A DNA stretch of 64,000 nucleotides, taken from positions 1,861,498 through 1,925,497 of the forward strand of contig MU058037.1 in NCBI GenBank assembly GCA_013265495.1, in the 5' to 3' direction. A program made the translations under genes and the position numbers. Each line of letters opens with the position of its first letter. The first letter of the stretch is position 1. This document shows, piece by piece, positions 10,505 to 23,085 of this stretch. Below the pieces are notes generated by a model that saw only the letters and a list, made by a program, of their open reading frames with translations, was not told the DNA's origin and searched no databases. Origin of the DNA: Vicugna vicugna (Eukaryota).

Positions 10505-10857
10505 TGGTTGACTGTAAGATGCATCCTGATTTTTTTTTAACATTTTTTATTGATTTATAATCATTTTACAATGTTGTGTCAAATTCCAGTGTTCAGCACA
10601 ATTTTTCAGTCATTCATGGACATATACACACTCATTGTCACAATTTTTTCTCTGTGAGTTATCATAACATTTTGTGTATATTTCCCTGTGCTATACAGTG
10701 TAATCTTGTTTATCTATTCTACAATTTTAAAATCCCAGTCTATCCCTTCCCACCCTCCACCCCCCTGGTAACCACAAGTCTGTATTCTCTGTCTGTCCTG
10801 ATTTTTTAGATGTAAAATGTTTTAAAAAATTGCACCTTAGAATTTATGAAATACAGT
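10505..10857 (-). mobile_element. TcMar-Tc2 (MER104/Kanga-like) terminal fragment interrupted by L1
   Basis: Reverse strand reads TACTGTATTTCATAAATTCTAAGGTGCA...AAATCAGGA|TGCATCTTACAGTC once the L1 is removed. Confidence 0.6.
10536..10795 (-). mobile_element. Young camelid-type L1 3' end (5'-truncated)
   Basis: ttttttaacattttttattgatttataatcattttacaatgttgtgtc...ggtaaccacaagtctgtattctctgtctg; TSD TCCTGATTTTTT at 10524-10535 and 10796-10807. Confidence 0.85.
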
Positions 10858-12681
10858 AGTTATTGTGGTTTAATGGTTTAATAGCAGTATAATTTATTCT
10901 ATGAAGCCATTAGTTATGGATAATTTGCCATATATTTAAAACAGAAATAATTATTTTGGGTTAGATTCTCAAAACCCTATAGCATGGATACTTACACTAA
11001 TCCACTGATGCTTCATTTATTTTTGATGCTTATGCATTTGACAAATGTCTTCTCTGTTGTCAGAGGTATTTTCTTTAAGTATTATGGTATTTACGGTATT
11101 ATGGTATTCTTCAGGTATATGGCTTGGGTCTAAAATTTATGAGGTTACATTTCAATTACATGATTTGAATGTCAGAGTCCTGACATTTGAGAAGGTGGCT
11201 ATTTCACTTGTCTTTGTTTCTTCCTGCGCTCTCTAATCTGATGTTCTGGGAGGAGCTTGGGGAAGAAGTGCAGGGCTCATGACTCCTGACCTGGTGTAAG
11301 GGGTGGGCAGCCATAAGGAAGGGAGTCTCTGTAGTAATGGCAAGATGCAGGGACATTCTGGCGTGGGCAAGTTTCCTAGGAGAAATCACCTCACCAAGAA
11401 ATCCACAAAGAGTACATATATTGTTTTCTAGGTAAAAAGAAAATGTTGTCCAGAGTGAAATCTGTTGCTTCTGACTCTGATTGGCTTAGCTTGCTCTCGA
11501 TCATGCCTCTGACAGCCCCAATTGCATGTGGATGATAAGAGCTACGCAGATATTTCAGCTCAATTTATCAAGAGCACTGAAACAGGAAAGAGATGAATGA
11601 ATGGTGATAAATTCATTAAAATGTTTTTTAAAATATCCTACTGCTTGCTGTGTAGTTTTGCTTCAAAAATTATGGGCAAATGGAAATATTTTCAATCTAA
11701 TGTTCTCTTTTTCTTTTTCCTTCCTCCCTCCCCACCCCAAGGCCAAATCTAATGGAGTCTACTTTTCCGCTGTGTAAATAAGGCAGTGTCCTGCCCAGAG
11801 TTCCTCTCCTCCAGAGATGGGTAAGGGAATTTATCAGTCTTGTGTCCATCCCATCCCCCATTCCTCCCACGCGGATACTTAAAATAACTGCAGAGTCATT
11901 GTACCAGAGGCTCCCTCAGCCAGCAGTTTCATAACAAAACAAGTGGGAAACGGGCTCTTCTGGGTGAAACCGAAGCTTCGCTGCTTATGTTTTGTTCAAC
12001 CACAGCCATTTTGTCATTTAAAAAACCTGAGGCTACTTTGAAGCTTGGTTCCCTTGAAGGTTTCTGTGAATGTGTTCAGTGGGTATATTAGCAAAAGCTC
12101 ATTTAGCCAAAATGCCATATATGTTTTGGGAAGCAAAGAAAGCCTTTTTTTGTTTGTTTTTAAGACAAATGTTCCCTGAAAATATTGACATTTTATTTCA
12201 TTATTTAAATTCGACTGCAAGCGTCTGGACCCTCAGACCAGTATTTATTTTGCTTGCCTTCCCCTTCGCTAGAAAGAGAAAACATTAAAGATCACTCTCC
12301 ACACTTTCACGAGCAGCTTTCACAAGGGTAATAGCTGTTGACATCTGTTTAAATTTGGGAGTAATTTGTTCCTTACATAACAGAATATTTCAGAAAGCAC
12401 CAGAGCACAGGAGAGAGTGCGCTTGTCAAAAACAAGGCTTTTAGTATGGGAATAAATTATTTAAATCGCATTGCTTTCCAAAGCCCAGAGGACAAAGCTA
12501 AGGAGGTGGGGGCCTGGGGAATGAATGAAATTTAAGGTCTCTGGGCTTCAGTTAGAAAACATCTTGGGTGCAATCTGTTATTTTAAGAGCATTAGACTCT
12601 GATTTATGGTTAACACAGAAGGGGTCATGTGATTTGATATTTTTCAGTCCTGTGACTGCAATGTCTTCAAAGTCTATAGAC

Positions 12682-12865
12682 CAGTTTCTCCGGTATGGTT
12701 CTGGACTAGCAGCATAAGTATCACCTGGGAGCTTGTTAGAAATGCGAATTCTCAGCCCCTACCTGGACCTGATGAATCAAAACTCTGGAGATGGGGCCTG
12801 GCAGTCTGTATTTTAACAAGGCCTCCAGGGGATTCTGATGAATGCTGAAATTTGAGAACTACTGG
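12682..12865. mobile_element. MER5A hAT MITE
   Basis: cagcataagtatcacctgggagcttgttagaaatgc...ttttaacaag...tttgagaactactg. Confidence 0.85.
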
Positions 12866-13209
12866 TCTAAGACAATGGTCTTAGCTGAGTAATTTTCCTA
12901 AAGAATATATCTTTTCTCACCCATATTGATAATTTGAAATTGGCTTACCAGGTAGATAATCTTGTCGATTCCCATCAAATGCATCTACAAACAAGTACCA
13001 CTTGAGAGTAGTCAAGTGCATGAAGTTTAAGTGATCCTTATTTGCAGACAATAGAAAGCCTACTTACTGTTTTGTTATACATCATTCTAACACTGGTCCG
13101 TATCACAAATAAATTATTTGGGAAGCCCAAGGCAAGCACACCAGTCACAATCTTCAGCATCCTGGAGGATGGAGGCCTTCCTCAAATTTAGCCACTCCCA
13201 CACATATAG

Positions 13210-13527
13210 TTTATCTTCCAGTGTCTGTGCCTTTGCATATTACTGTTCCCCTTGCCTGGAATACCATTCTGCCTTTCTAACCTGTCCTACCTTTTCTCCT
13301 TCAGTCCTGAGGAGGCCTTTCCTTAGCCCCTAAACTGGCACCTGGTCCTTCGCTGGTTCATAACTTCTAACATCACACAGTTATATAATTATTTTCTTGT
13401 CTCTCTATGCAGTAGTTTAGATACCACTTGAGTGAAGAGTTGTCTTTAATAACTGTATGCTTTAGTACCTAGCATAGTACCTGGCTCACATTGGGGCTTA
13501 ATAACATTCTGAATAAATGAATGAATT
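13210..13527 (+). mobile_element. L2 3' fragment
   Basis: gcctttgcatattactgttccccttgcctggaat...cctagcatagtacctggc...tgaataaatgaatgaa. Confidence 0.7.
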
Positions 13528-14477
13528 AAAAACCCCTTGCCCAATGTACAGGCAACTTGCCAGTTCTCAGAAAGAAATTAAAATATTAACTGTAATCTCA
13601 GATATCACCCTTGTGGAGTAATCTCTCTTCTCCTTTAGTTTTAGTTCGTTAAAGAATAAAACAGAACAGGGATTATATCAGCAGTGCACTGTGTTTTATA
13701 TAGAATATTCAAAAGATATGAATGAGGGGTTAATATCTTCCTGGGAGAGCTAATTTCAAAGGGCTTTATTATTTTTTTGAAGAACTGTCACACCCTGTTG
13801 TTTAATTTTATAGAACTGTATTCATCTACCTCAGGCTAAATGTGCCTATCAGGAATATTTCACAATTTTAAACAGCGAGAAAGGTAATGAATGTTTCAAA
13901 AGGAAGTTGAAGACAGAGATATCGTGCCAATACCTAGTAAGATAATTGAATGGATGAAGGATTAGTGCTTATTGTTTGGTAGCTAGATAAAATGCAGGAA
14001 AAAGCACAGTAGTCTAATAGAGGCAAAATGAAAAGAATAAGCACAGTTAGATGAAACAAATTAATGAAATGATGTGAATAAGCGATGAGGGCCAGGAGTC
14101 ACTGACTATGCTATTTGCCCGCTAAATATGTTGGGGAAAAAACTGCTGTGGTGAATACTTAGAAATAATTTGCACAGTAAGTTCCAAAATATTCACGACT
14201 TGGTACTTCATTTCGGTTTTTTTTGGTCCTTCAGTTCTAGTGGATTAGACAATTTTCTCCTCATCTGATATGTATCCAAATGAGTGTAGAACTAATTGGC
14301 AAAATGGACATTTTTTTCCAGGATGCTGAACACAAATACTAATGGGTAGGAAGAATTGGCAACCCCATCTCTGAGGTCGTTTTGGAAAATTTTGCTCTTA
14401 AGCCCAAGACTAGATTTAGAAGATTGCCTATTGTCCTTCCCTTAAAGAATAGTCTTGGTTTAAAAGATGGCATGCAG

Positions 14478-14616
14478 GGGGAGGGTATAGCTCAGTGGTA
14501 GAGCACATGACTAGCATGCATGAGGTCCTGGGTTCAATCTCCAGTACCTCCTCTAAAAAAAAATAAATAAGTTACCCCCCCAAAAAACAAAGAATTGAAA
14601 AGAGAAAATAAATAAA
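14478..14616 (+). mobile_element. Camelid tRNA-derived SINE (Vic-1 type)
   Basis: GGGGAGGGTATAGCTCAGTGGTAGAGC...GGTTCAATCTCCAGTACCTCC, C-run, A-rich tail; exact 17-bp TSD TAAAAGATGGCATGCAG at 14461-14477 and 14617-14633. Confidence 0.95.
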
Positions 14617-16394
14617 TAAAAGATGGCATGCAGATGAGGCAGTCTGGATGGTACAGTGCTAACTCATGTAGGGAATAAAATTATTTGATCTTACTACTCC
14701 CAGCTCTTTATTGTCAATATTCTTGTGTGGTAAGCCTGGAAAAGCAAAGAAAAGCCAAGAAAAGTATTAGACGGGAAGGGGAAAGTTCTTGTGTGAATGC
14801 TTAATATTAAAGCTTGGACTCAGAAGTCTAAGAATGATTCAGGTACTCTATTGTGTACGACATTGCTCAGGAAACTTGTCCTGTTTATTAAAAGACAGAG
14901 TTTTCTTATCCTATCCCTGCTGAGAAGCAAAAGAATTCCTTAACTCTTTACATAAGAACTAGAGAAAAGGACAATTTTATCAAAGACTGGTTACTAATTT
15001 GGAAATCAATATGTCAAATCAGGACATTTCATTAAGTAGAAGATGGCAGATATTAGCTTTAGCTGGATTTCATCATCAACCAGTCATTGCCACCACATTT
15101 CTTCCCCATTATTTGTGCCTACCTACTCTTGGTAAATCAGGATGCAAACCTGCTCATGAAAGTCAAGAGTCACTGTGTGCTCACCACTGTCATCTCCCAC
15201 ACTCTGACCTAGACATACTAGGGATTAGGGGTTGAAATTAAGCACACTATGTTTGACCTGGGTCCTAATATAATGTTTTGAAACAGAAACAAAGTTTTAC
15301 ATATGGAGTTGAGGTCCATGTTTTAGTTATCAAGGTAGAGGTGGTAGAAAGAGTAGATTCATACTTTCAGGGTTAGAGAGATGAGATTTTACTTACATTT
15401 GATTGCTGTAAATGTTATCTCATCAAAAAATTGCTACCAAGAACGTGTAAAATAAAAAGCTTGTTTATGAAAGTGTGTAAAATCAAATGGGTTTATTATT
15501 TAGGATTTGCTCTCACCAAAACACAAAAGCTCAATGACTTTAAGGAAATTAGAATTTGACTTATTCCATAGTCTAACCTGCCTGGTACACTATAAATGCA
15601 TTTTCTTTGACAGGTTTATTCCTTCAGCTGTTTTGAGTTTAATTGGGGTCCTCTGTATAAACTACAGACAGCTTTGGGAAATGTGGCTGTTATTTATAGA
15701 ACACCACAAGCCTACACTGTACTTTCAATAGAGCTTAAATTGGACTGAATCTCTCTCATGCTATCAGCTCTGGATTCTTTTCGGAGGAAGGGATAAAACT
15801 CACTGCAATTTTTTTTGCCCCTGTGTTTGTAATATTAGAAAATAAAAAGAAGTTTTAAAATGCATTATGATTTAATGAAAGAAGTGGGAGAAAAAGAAAG
15901 GAAACAAGATAGAATAATGGAGTTTTGAGCTTTTTTTCTAAGAAAATGCAGTACGACTAAATTACACCAGAATAAAATTGTTACAACAGACTCCTGTGTG
16001 AGATATTCACAGAGAAAACTGGAGATTAGAGAACAGCCAGATGCCCAGCTATGAGAGTGCTTCCTTTTGGAGAATTTGCAAGGCCAAGGGAAAAACTCGA
16101 GTTACATGGAGATGTGGGATATGTTTTGGGGGATGGGGGCTGAAAGGTCTATGAAAAACAAGGAGACGGCATTAGGCTGTGGGAACATCAGGAAAATAAG
16201 ACACGGCGGAGCCACAAGTGGGCGAGGAGAAAAAGAGAAGCGTGAAGAGGAAAGCACCAAGGGAAGAGGTGGGTGAGAAGGAGGAGGTAATGATGAAACT
16301 TACCCACAGACTACATTTGTGACTACAGAGGCATTTTAATCATCAGTACAGGGGAACATTCTCTGCAGGGACAGAGACAAGGTAGCGTGTGCTT

Positions 16395-16421
16395 CACACA
16401 CACACACACACACACACACAC
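16395..16421. repeat. (CA)13 microsatellite
   Basis: Direct reading. Confidence 0.95.
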
Positions 16422-18796
16422 GCCGTGGATGGCGGCACATCTCTAATTAGAAAGCTCTAGTTGGAAAAGCTCCATGTATGCCTGGATGGGACTGTCAGGC
16501 AGGGCTGGAATGAGCTGAGAAGCAGAAAGGAACTGAAAACCACCAGGCCTGAAGCCTCCGCTCTGTTATGGCAAAGAGTTTCCTTGATCCCCATTGAAAA
16601 AGTTTTGACAAGCCTCTAAATATTGTTCCATTTTTCAAGAGTATCTGGGAAATACTGTAATAAAACCACTGTAACTAATCCATCTGATATGAGGCTCCAG
16701 AGAAACCTCAACAAGTGTCCATTTGGGAGAAAATGAAGATTAAAAACTATGCTCAAGGTCTTAATTAAACATTATGTTAATTTTATGAATTTTCGGTTTT
16801 AAATATGAAACCACTGGACTTGTGATGATAACCAACTTGGGGAAACACTGTACTTTGCTTCCTATGAAGTAAGATGACTATTATACCTCTTTTTCCATTA
16901 CCTCCCTCAACCCCTAAATAGGCATGCATGTTACATTGAGGAGGCTCCTGGCATTCTGCACAGCCTTATATTTGAGTAGAGGAACTTTCAACACAGGCTT
17001 TGGAGGAGGAAATCTCATAAGCTTGGCCTATATATCATTACTAAAGATTGGACCTGGAGTTTATCACAATTATTTGTTCACTTTCTCCTTCCCTCCCTCC
17101 CTCCCTCAATTCCTTCCCCAGACCTACAGAATCAGAATCTCCAGTGGTACATTCCAGGGATTTGGATTTTGTAAACAATCCTGTAAACCTGATGCAGTCA
17201 GGCCAGCACTGGTTTTGTGAACATTCTTAGAGGTTTCCAAATGTTCCCAGAGATTTCAAAACAGTACCTGCCTTCTGTGTAGGTAGCTGAGTAATCATAG
17301 GTGATTTTAAGGACAGGAGGAAGAGCATTCCTGCCTCCAAATATCTTATATATATTTGGGTTGATTTTTAAAATACATTTGGCAGTGGACGAGATCTTTC
17401 TATTCACATCAGGGTAAAGAGGTTTCTTTCTTTCTTTCTTTTTTTAGTATGTCTAAGGTGTAAATAATACATACAAGATAATTTAGTAAAAACAGTTGAG
17501 TTGGGGAGAGTAAGAAAGCACCCGAGGTACAACAATGGAGAAAGGGAGTGTCATCTCCCAGAGAAAATAGGCAGATTTTAGTACACTCTTCACAGTCCTG
17601 CTAAGGGTGGAGCATATTCAAAACCCAACAGTTTACCTATTTTTAAATAGAAGAAGGATGTTAGAATAAGGGTAAGACACATGGGAAAGTTAACAGTAAG
17701 GACACTTTGCTGCTAGTTGAGATAAGTCTAACAATTTTCTAAGACCTTAACAGAAAACCAGGAAAGCAAAATTCTAAAGATGTCCCCCTCCAAGATGTCT
17801 ATCTTGGACATGGCACAAATGCCCAGCACGCAACCGCATGATGAATAAAAGATGAATTTGTTGTAAAAGGCTTAGAGATAGATGACATTTACATAATGAT
17901 GTAAATTTGTACATAATGATGGAGAGTAGTTCATTTTTTTTGAAAGCTGATAATGCCAACACTTACGAAAGAAGTAGTTTCATGTTAATTTTGAGTTCTT
18001 GAAATTTGGACAGTTTTTTCAAAGGAAAAAGACATACTTTCTACTCTTAGAAGGATCACAGAATTAGACAGCAGTCATGTTCCTTTTTTCCCAAGATCTG
18101 GGTGCTTTTCATCATTGCCAAACCCTAAAATTGAAAATCCCATAAAAATGAATTTTAATATTTTACTGCAAATTGCTATGCCATAGATGAATTCCAATTA
18201 GCCTTCTTTTTCTACTTTATAATTAGGAAATAGAGCTGGGTTGGGGGGAGAAGGGGGACATAATTCTGGGCAGTGGCCAGGGAAAAAAGTGTAAAAAATT
18301 ATATTGAGCACATATTTACATAGTTTTACCATCTGTCTTCAATGGCTTAATCTAGCCTTGCTTCAAGAAGGGGGTCTATGTCAGATAACTCAAAAGTGTT
18401 TCCAAAGTTTTGGTTCTCTCTTAATCAGGTACTTTACACAATTAAACACTGAAAAAATTGGAATAAACAAGACTTGGGGAGGATTGGGTAGCTCTCTTCG
18501 GATGTGCAAAGTTGGCAAGTGGAAGAAGAAATAGCTTTGCTTTAGAGGACTGAGCTACAATGAAAAGTTTAAAGTTACATGAAAGAGAGGCTCTACCCGA
18601 TACCAATAAGAAATAATAAGTACAATAGATTGTCGTGCTGATACTCAGCTCTCTTTTCCTGGAATTCTATAGGCAGAGTCTGATGGCTGTCTGTCGATGA
18701 TATTGTAGAAAACTGCAGTGGGTGGAAGAATGAACTGGGTGACCTTTCAGATTACTTCTGAACTAAGGCTGGAAGGAAGGTGGGGGAATGTGGTAT

Positions 18797-19155
18797 TGTC
18801 TTAGGCTGGGTTGCACCGGAAGTAGACTTTCAGGCAAGGTTTTAAATGCAGGTGGTTTATTGAGAAGGTGATCCCAGGAAGTATCAGCAGTGGGGTGGGG
18901 ATGTGAGTATTTCTGGGGACTTCTGGAACACATTTCCGAATTGTACTACCCAAAGAGTAAGAAAGCAGGGGTTTCTATCCTTCATTCTCATCGCTTCTGG
19001 CTGAAGACTGCTCTTTGGGAGGTTAAATCCCCAGCACTCCTGTTCTGCCCTGTGCAGGTGGAGAATCATGAGTCCTTGCAGTAGAATGCTGTGGGCGAGC
19101 ATGGAGTAGTTGACAAGTGCAAAGGGTATGACTGGGGCATGACAGAATCTGCTGT
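18797..19155 (-). mobile_element. LTR33-like ERVL solo LTR
   Basis: tgtcttaggctgggttg...ggtttattgagaaggtgatcccaggaag...gggtatgactggggcatgacagaatctgct. Confidence 0.7.
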
Positions 19156-19164
19156 AGTTGTAGA

Positions 19165-19385
19165 GCTCTGGCTATGGAGTTAGGCTGATCTGGACTTGGT
19201 GTTTACCTCTCCTTATTAGTGCTATGACTTTAGACAACTTATTTAGCCTCTCTGGGTCTGTTCCTTATCAAAAAGTCAGAGATGACGCAGATGCCACACA
19301 GTGTGATTGTTGAAATTCAATAAAGTAGTGAACTTAAAGCGCTTAACACATAGAAGGATCTAAAAACGGTAGCTTTTGTTACTAT
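19165..19385 (+). mobile_element. MIR SINE
   Basis: gctatggagttaggctgatctgg...tatgactttagacaacttatttagcctctctgggtctg. Confidence 0.65.
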
Positions 19386-20551
19386 AAGAATAAATCTTGC
19401 TTCTCAGATCTCAGATGAGCTCAATCCAAAAATAGTAAGACATTAAAATCTTAAATGCTGGCAAAAGACTTTACAGGTAATACAAATGCTAAAGTAAAAA
19501 AGTTTAAACTACCATAGAATTTAATCAGAAATTATTTTTCTTTCTTAGGTAGCAACTAACAATTACATAATATTTATTGACTATCAAGTAAATGTCTGGC
19601 ACTACTAAATTCACAATGAACATAAAATGCCTATTTGTTCTTCAAGATTTGCCTTAAGCAGCTTTTTCTGTAGGCTACCACCTTTGTAGCTGTGAAGGAT
19701 AGAATTATTTTACAGCTAGACTGAGACACTGACGGATACTGACTCTTGGCCACGATAACCGCAGTGGGCTAACTAATGATTCATTAAAATGCTGTTTAAA
19801 GTTTGAAACTCCCCTGGCAGCACCTGGGGTTGGTTTAATTTTTTTCTTTCAGTTTTCTTGAGATATAGTTGACATATAACATTGTATAACAATGATTTGA
19901 TAGACGTATATATTGTGAAATGATTACCACAGTAAGTTTAGTTAATATCTATCACCTTACATAGTTACAATTTCTTCCTTATAATAAGAACTTTTAAGAT
20001 CTATTCTCTTAGCAGTTTTCAAATATGCCATACAGTATTTTTAACTACAGTCACCATGCTGTCTGTACATTACATCCCCAGAACTTATTTATCTTATATC
20101 TGGAAGTTTATACTTTCCACCACCTTCACTCATCCACCCTTCCCCAGCTCCCCGCCTCTGGCAGCCTTCAATCTGTTCTCTGTTTCTATGAGATCAGTTT
20201 TATTAGATTCTATATAAAAGTGAGATAATACAGCATTTAATACAGTATTTCTCTTTTTCTGGCTTATTTCACTTAACATAGTGCCCTCAAGGCTCATCCA
20301 TATTGTTGCAAATGACAGGATTTCCTTTTTTTAATGGCTGAGTAATATTCTCTATATATTCTATATGTATGTATGTCATTATCCATTCATGTGGATGGTC
20401 ACTTAGGCTGTTTCTATGTCTTGGCTATTGTAAATAAATGCTGCAGTGAACACAGGGGTGCAAATAACTCTTCAAAATAGTGATGTCATTTCCTTTGTAT
20501 ATATACCCAGAAGTGGTAGAATTGCTACATCATAAGGTAGTCCTATTTTTA

Positions 20552-21053
20552 TCTTTAAAAATTATTTATTTATTATCTGTTTATTTTTTAGAGAAGTCTG
20601 TGCCTTTATTGGCCAAGCTAGTCAAGAGGGATGAAGCTGGAGGAGTGGGTGGCCCTGATGCCCGGGTGGCTTGTGCTTCAGCAGCTTGTAGGTGATTGAG
20701 AACTCACCCACGTAGTGGCCAATCATGATTTCCACCTGGTTGAAGGTCTTGCAGTTGTAGACGCCCACCGTCTCGGACAGGATGATTATTTCCCACAGGT
20801 GCATTTCACAACCTCAGGCTTCTCCGTGGGCGGTGCCTCCATCTTGGTCTTGCTCAGACACTTCAGCAGTGAGTGCTCCTTCCTGCTGGCCCAACTTAGC
20901 TACTGCCAGGGCCGGGTGCTATACAACTGCATCAGCTGCTTATAGGAGTTGCCCAGCTGCTGGTCGACGTCCACAAGTGAGGTAGGTGAACTCGTGGAAG
21001 ATCTGTTTGTTTTGCTCCACTTCTACCACCTTGTCAGTTTTGAGGAAAGGTTA
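20552..21053 (-). pseudogene. RPS15: Processed pseudogene of 40S ribosomal protein S15
   Basis: Minus-strand peptides [76 protein letters not shown] match RPS15; no introns; ATG>GTG at 21029-21027; stop at 20620-20618; AATAAA at 20610-20605; A-rich tail; TSD GTAGTCCTATTTTTA at 20537-20551 and 21054-21068; in-frame TAG and several frameshifts. Confidence 0.96.
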
Positions 21054-22074
21054 GTAGTCCTATTTTTAATTTTGTGAGGAGCTTCTGTACTGTTTTCCAT
21101 AGTGCTGCACCAATTTACATTTCCACCAACAGGGCACAAGGGTTCCCTTTTCTCCGCATCCTTGCCAACATTTATCTCTAATCTTTTTGCTAATAGCCAT
21201 TCTAACAGGTGTGAAGTCCTATCTTATTGTGGTTTTGATTTGCATTTCTCTGATGATTAGTGACGCTGAGTACATTTTCACGTGCCTGCTGGTCATCTGT
21301 GTGTCTTCTTTGGAAGAATGTATATTTGGATTCTTTGCCCATTTTTAAATTGGATTACTTGAGTTTTTGCTATTGAGTTATATGAGTCCCTTATATATAC
21401 TTGGATATTAACTGCTTATCAGATGTGTGGTTTGCAAATATTTTCTCCCATTCTGTAAGTTGCCTTTTCATTTTGTTGTTTCCTTTGTTGTGCAGAAGCT
21501 TTTTAGTTTTATATGGTCACACTTGTTTATTTCTTATTTTGCTGCTTGTGCTTTAGGCGTCATATACAATAAATCATTGCCAAGACCAGTGTCAAGAAGC
21601 TTCTCCCCTATATTTTCTTCTAGGAGTTTCATGGTTTCTGGTCTTACATTTAAGTCAAAGGTATTTCCAGTTAATTTTTGTGAGTGGTGTAAGGTAAGGA
21701 TCTAGTTGGGGCTTTTTTGTTTGTTTGGTTTTTGTTTGTTTGTTTTTTTGGTGTGTGAATACCCTATTGCCCAGCACTCGTTATTAAAGAGACTGCCTTT
21801 CTCCCACTGAGTCCATTGAATATTCTTGGTTTCCTTGTCAAAAATTAGTTACTTGTGTATGCAAGGGTTTATTTCTGGGCTCTCAATTCTGTTCCACTGA
21901 TATGTCTTTTTATGCCAATACTACACTATTTTTATTATTATACCTTTGTAATGTAGTTTGAAATCAGGAAGTGTGATGCCTCCAACTTTGGTCTTCTTTC
22001 TCAGGATTGCTTTGTCTATTCAGAGTCTTTTGTGGCTCCAAACAAATTTTAGCATTGTTTTTTCTATTTTTGTT

Positions 22075-22114
22075 AAAAGAGAGAAAGAGAGAAAGAGAGA
22101 AAGAAAGAAAGAAA
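22075..22114. repeat. (AG)n/(AAAG)n microsatellite inside L1
   Basis: Direct reading. Confidence 0.9.
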
Positions 22115-22944
22115 GTGCACACTTGGAATCTTTATAGAGATTACATTCAATCTATAGATAGCTTTGTATAGTATGGGCAGTTTAACAGTATTAATTCTTC
22201 CAGTCCATAAACATAGGATATCATTCAATTTATTTGTGACTTCTTTAGTTTCTTTCATCAGTACCTTACAGTTTTCAGTGTGGAGATAGTTCATCAACTT
22301 GGTTAGATTTATTCCTAAGGATTTTATTGTTTTTGATGCTACTGTAAATGGGATTGGTTCTCTTTTCTTTTTCAGATAATTCATTGTTAGTGTATAGAAA
22401 CACTACTGATTTGGGGGTATGTTGATTTTGTATCCTGCGGTTTCACTCAGTTTGTTGATTAGATCTAACAGGTTTTTTTTGGCAGCATCTTGAGGATTTT
22501 CTATTTATAAAATCGTGTAATCTGCAGATGGATAAAATTTTACTTCTTCCCTTATAATTCTTATGCCTTTTATTTATTTTTATTGCCTGATTGCTCTGGC
22601 TAGGACTTCCAGTACTATGTTGAATAGGAGTGGTAAGAGTGGGTACCCTTGTTTTATTTCTGAGCTAGGACCAGTTTATTGATGTTTTACACCTGGTGTA
22701 GCCAGGCAGAGAGTCTAGTTTGGTTGTATGATTGGAAGGTCATGGAAGAATCTGCTGGAAACTTTTAGGGAGCTCTCCCTAAACAGAGATTCATTGTCTT
22801 TCACACCCTTGGGTGGAAGACCTTGGGGAGCTGCGCTTGGAAGTCTCTTGAGATGTCTGTGAATGTGTTTAATTATCTGGTCCTATTGTAGTCCTTGAGG
22901 GAGTACTGATCCTACCAGGCTGTGTTTGGCTATCTACCTATATG

Positions 22945-23085
22945 TCTTCCCCACTAGACGTGAGAGTTTCTTAGGGCAAGAACCCTGTGTGCATATTGTT
23001 TGCTATTGTATCCTTCATACTGATAACATTGCATGGAACACCATGAATAGGCAAAAATATATTTTGGATAAAATGAGTGAATGAA
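22945..23085 (+). mobile_element. L2 3' end
   Basis: tcttccccactagacgtgagagtttcttagggcaagaacc...aaatgagtgaatgaa. Confidence 0.7.

Larger units (their letters stand above)
19836..22670 (-). mobile_element. L1 (L1MA9-like) 3' UTR plus ORF2 C-terminal region, decayed, carrying a nested retrocopy
   Basis: Antisense L1 3' end (ttgagatatagttgacatataacattg); ORF 22073-22384 encodes IPFTVASKTIKSLGINLTK...WTGRINTVKLPILYKAIYRLNVISIKIP, typical of L1 ORF2p. Confidence 0.92.

Noticed and set aside
20622..20804. Functional RPS15 CDS
   Set aside because: Start codon lost, internal stop, frameshifts and deletions; it is a retrocopy.
22073..22384. 103-aa ORF as a gene
   Set aside because: Fragment of decayed L1 ORF2 running into a microsatellite.
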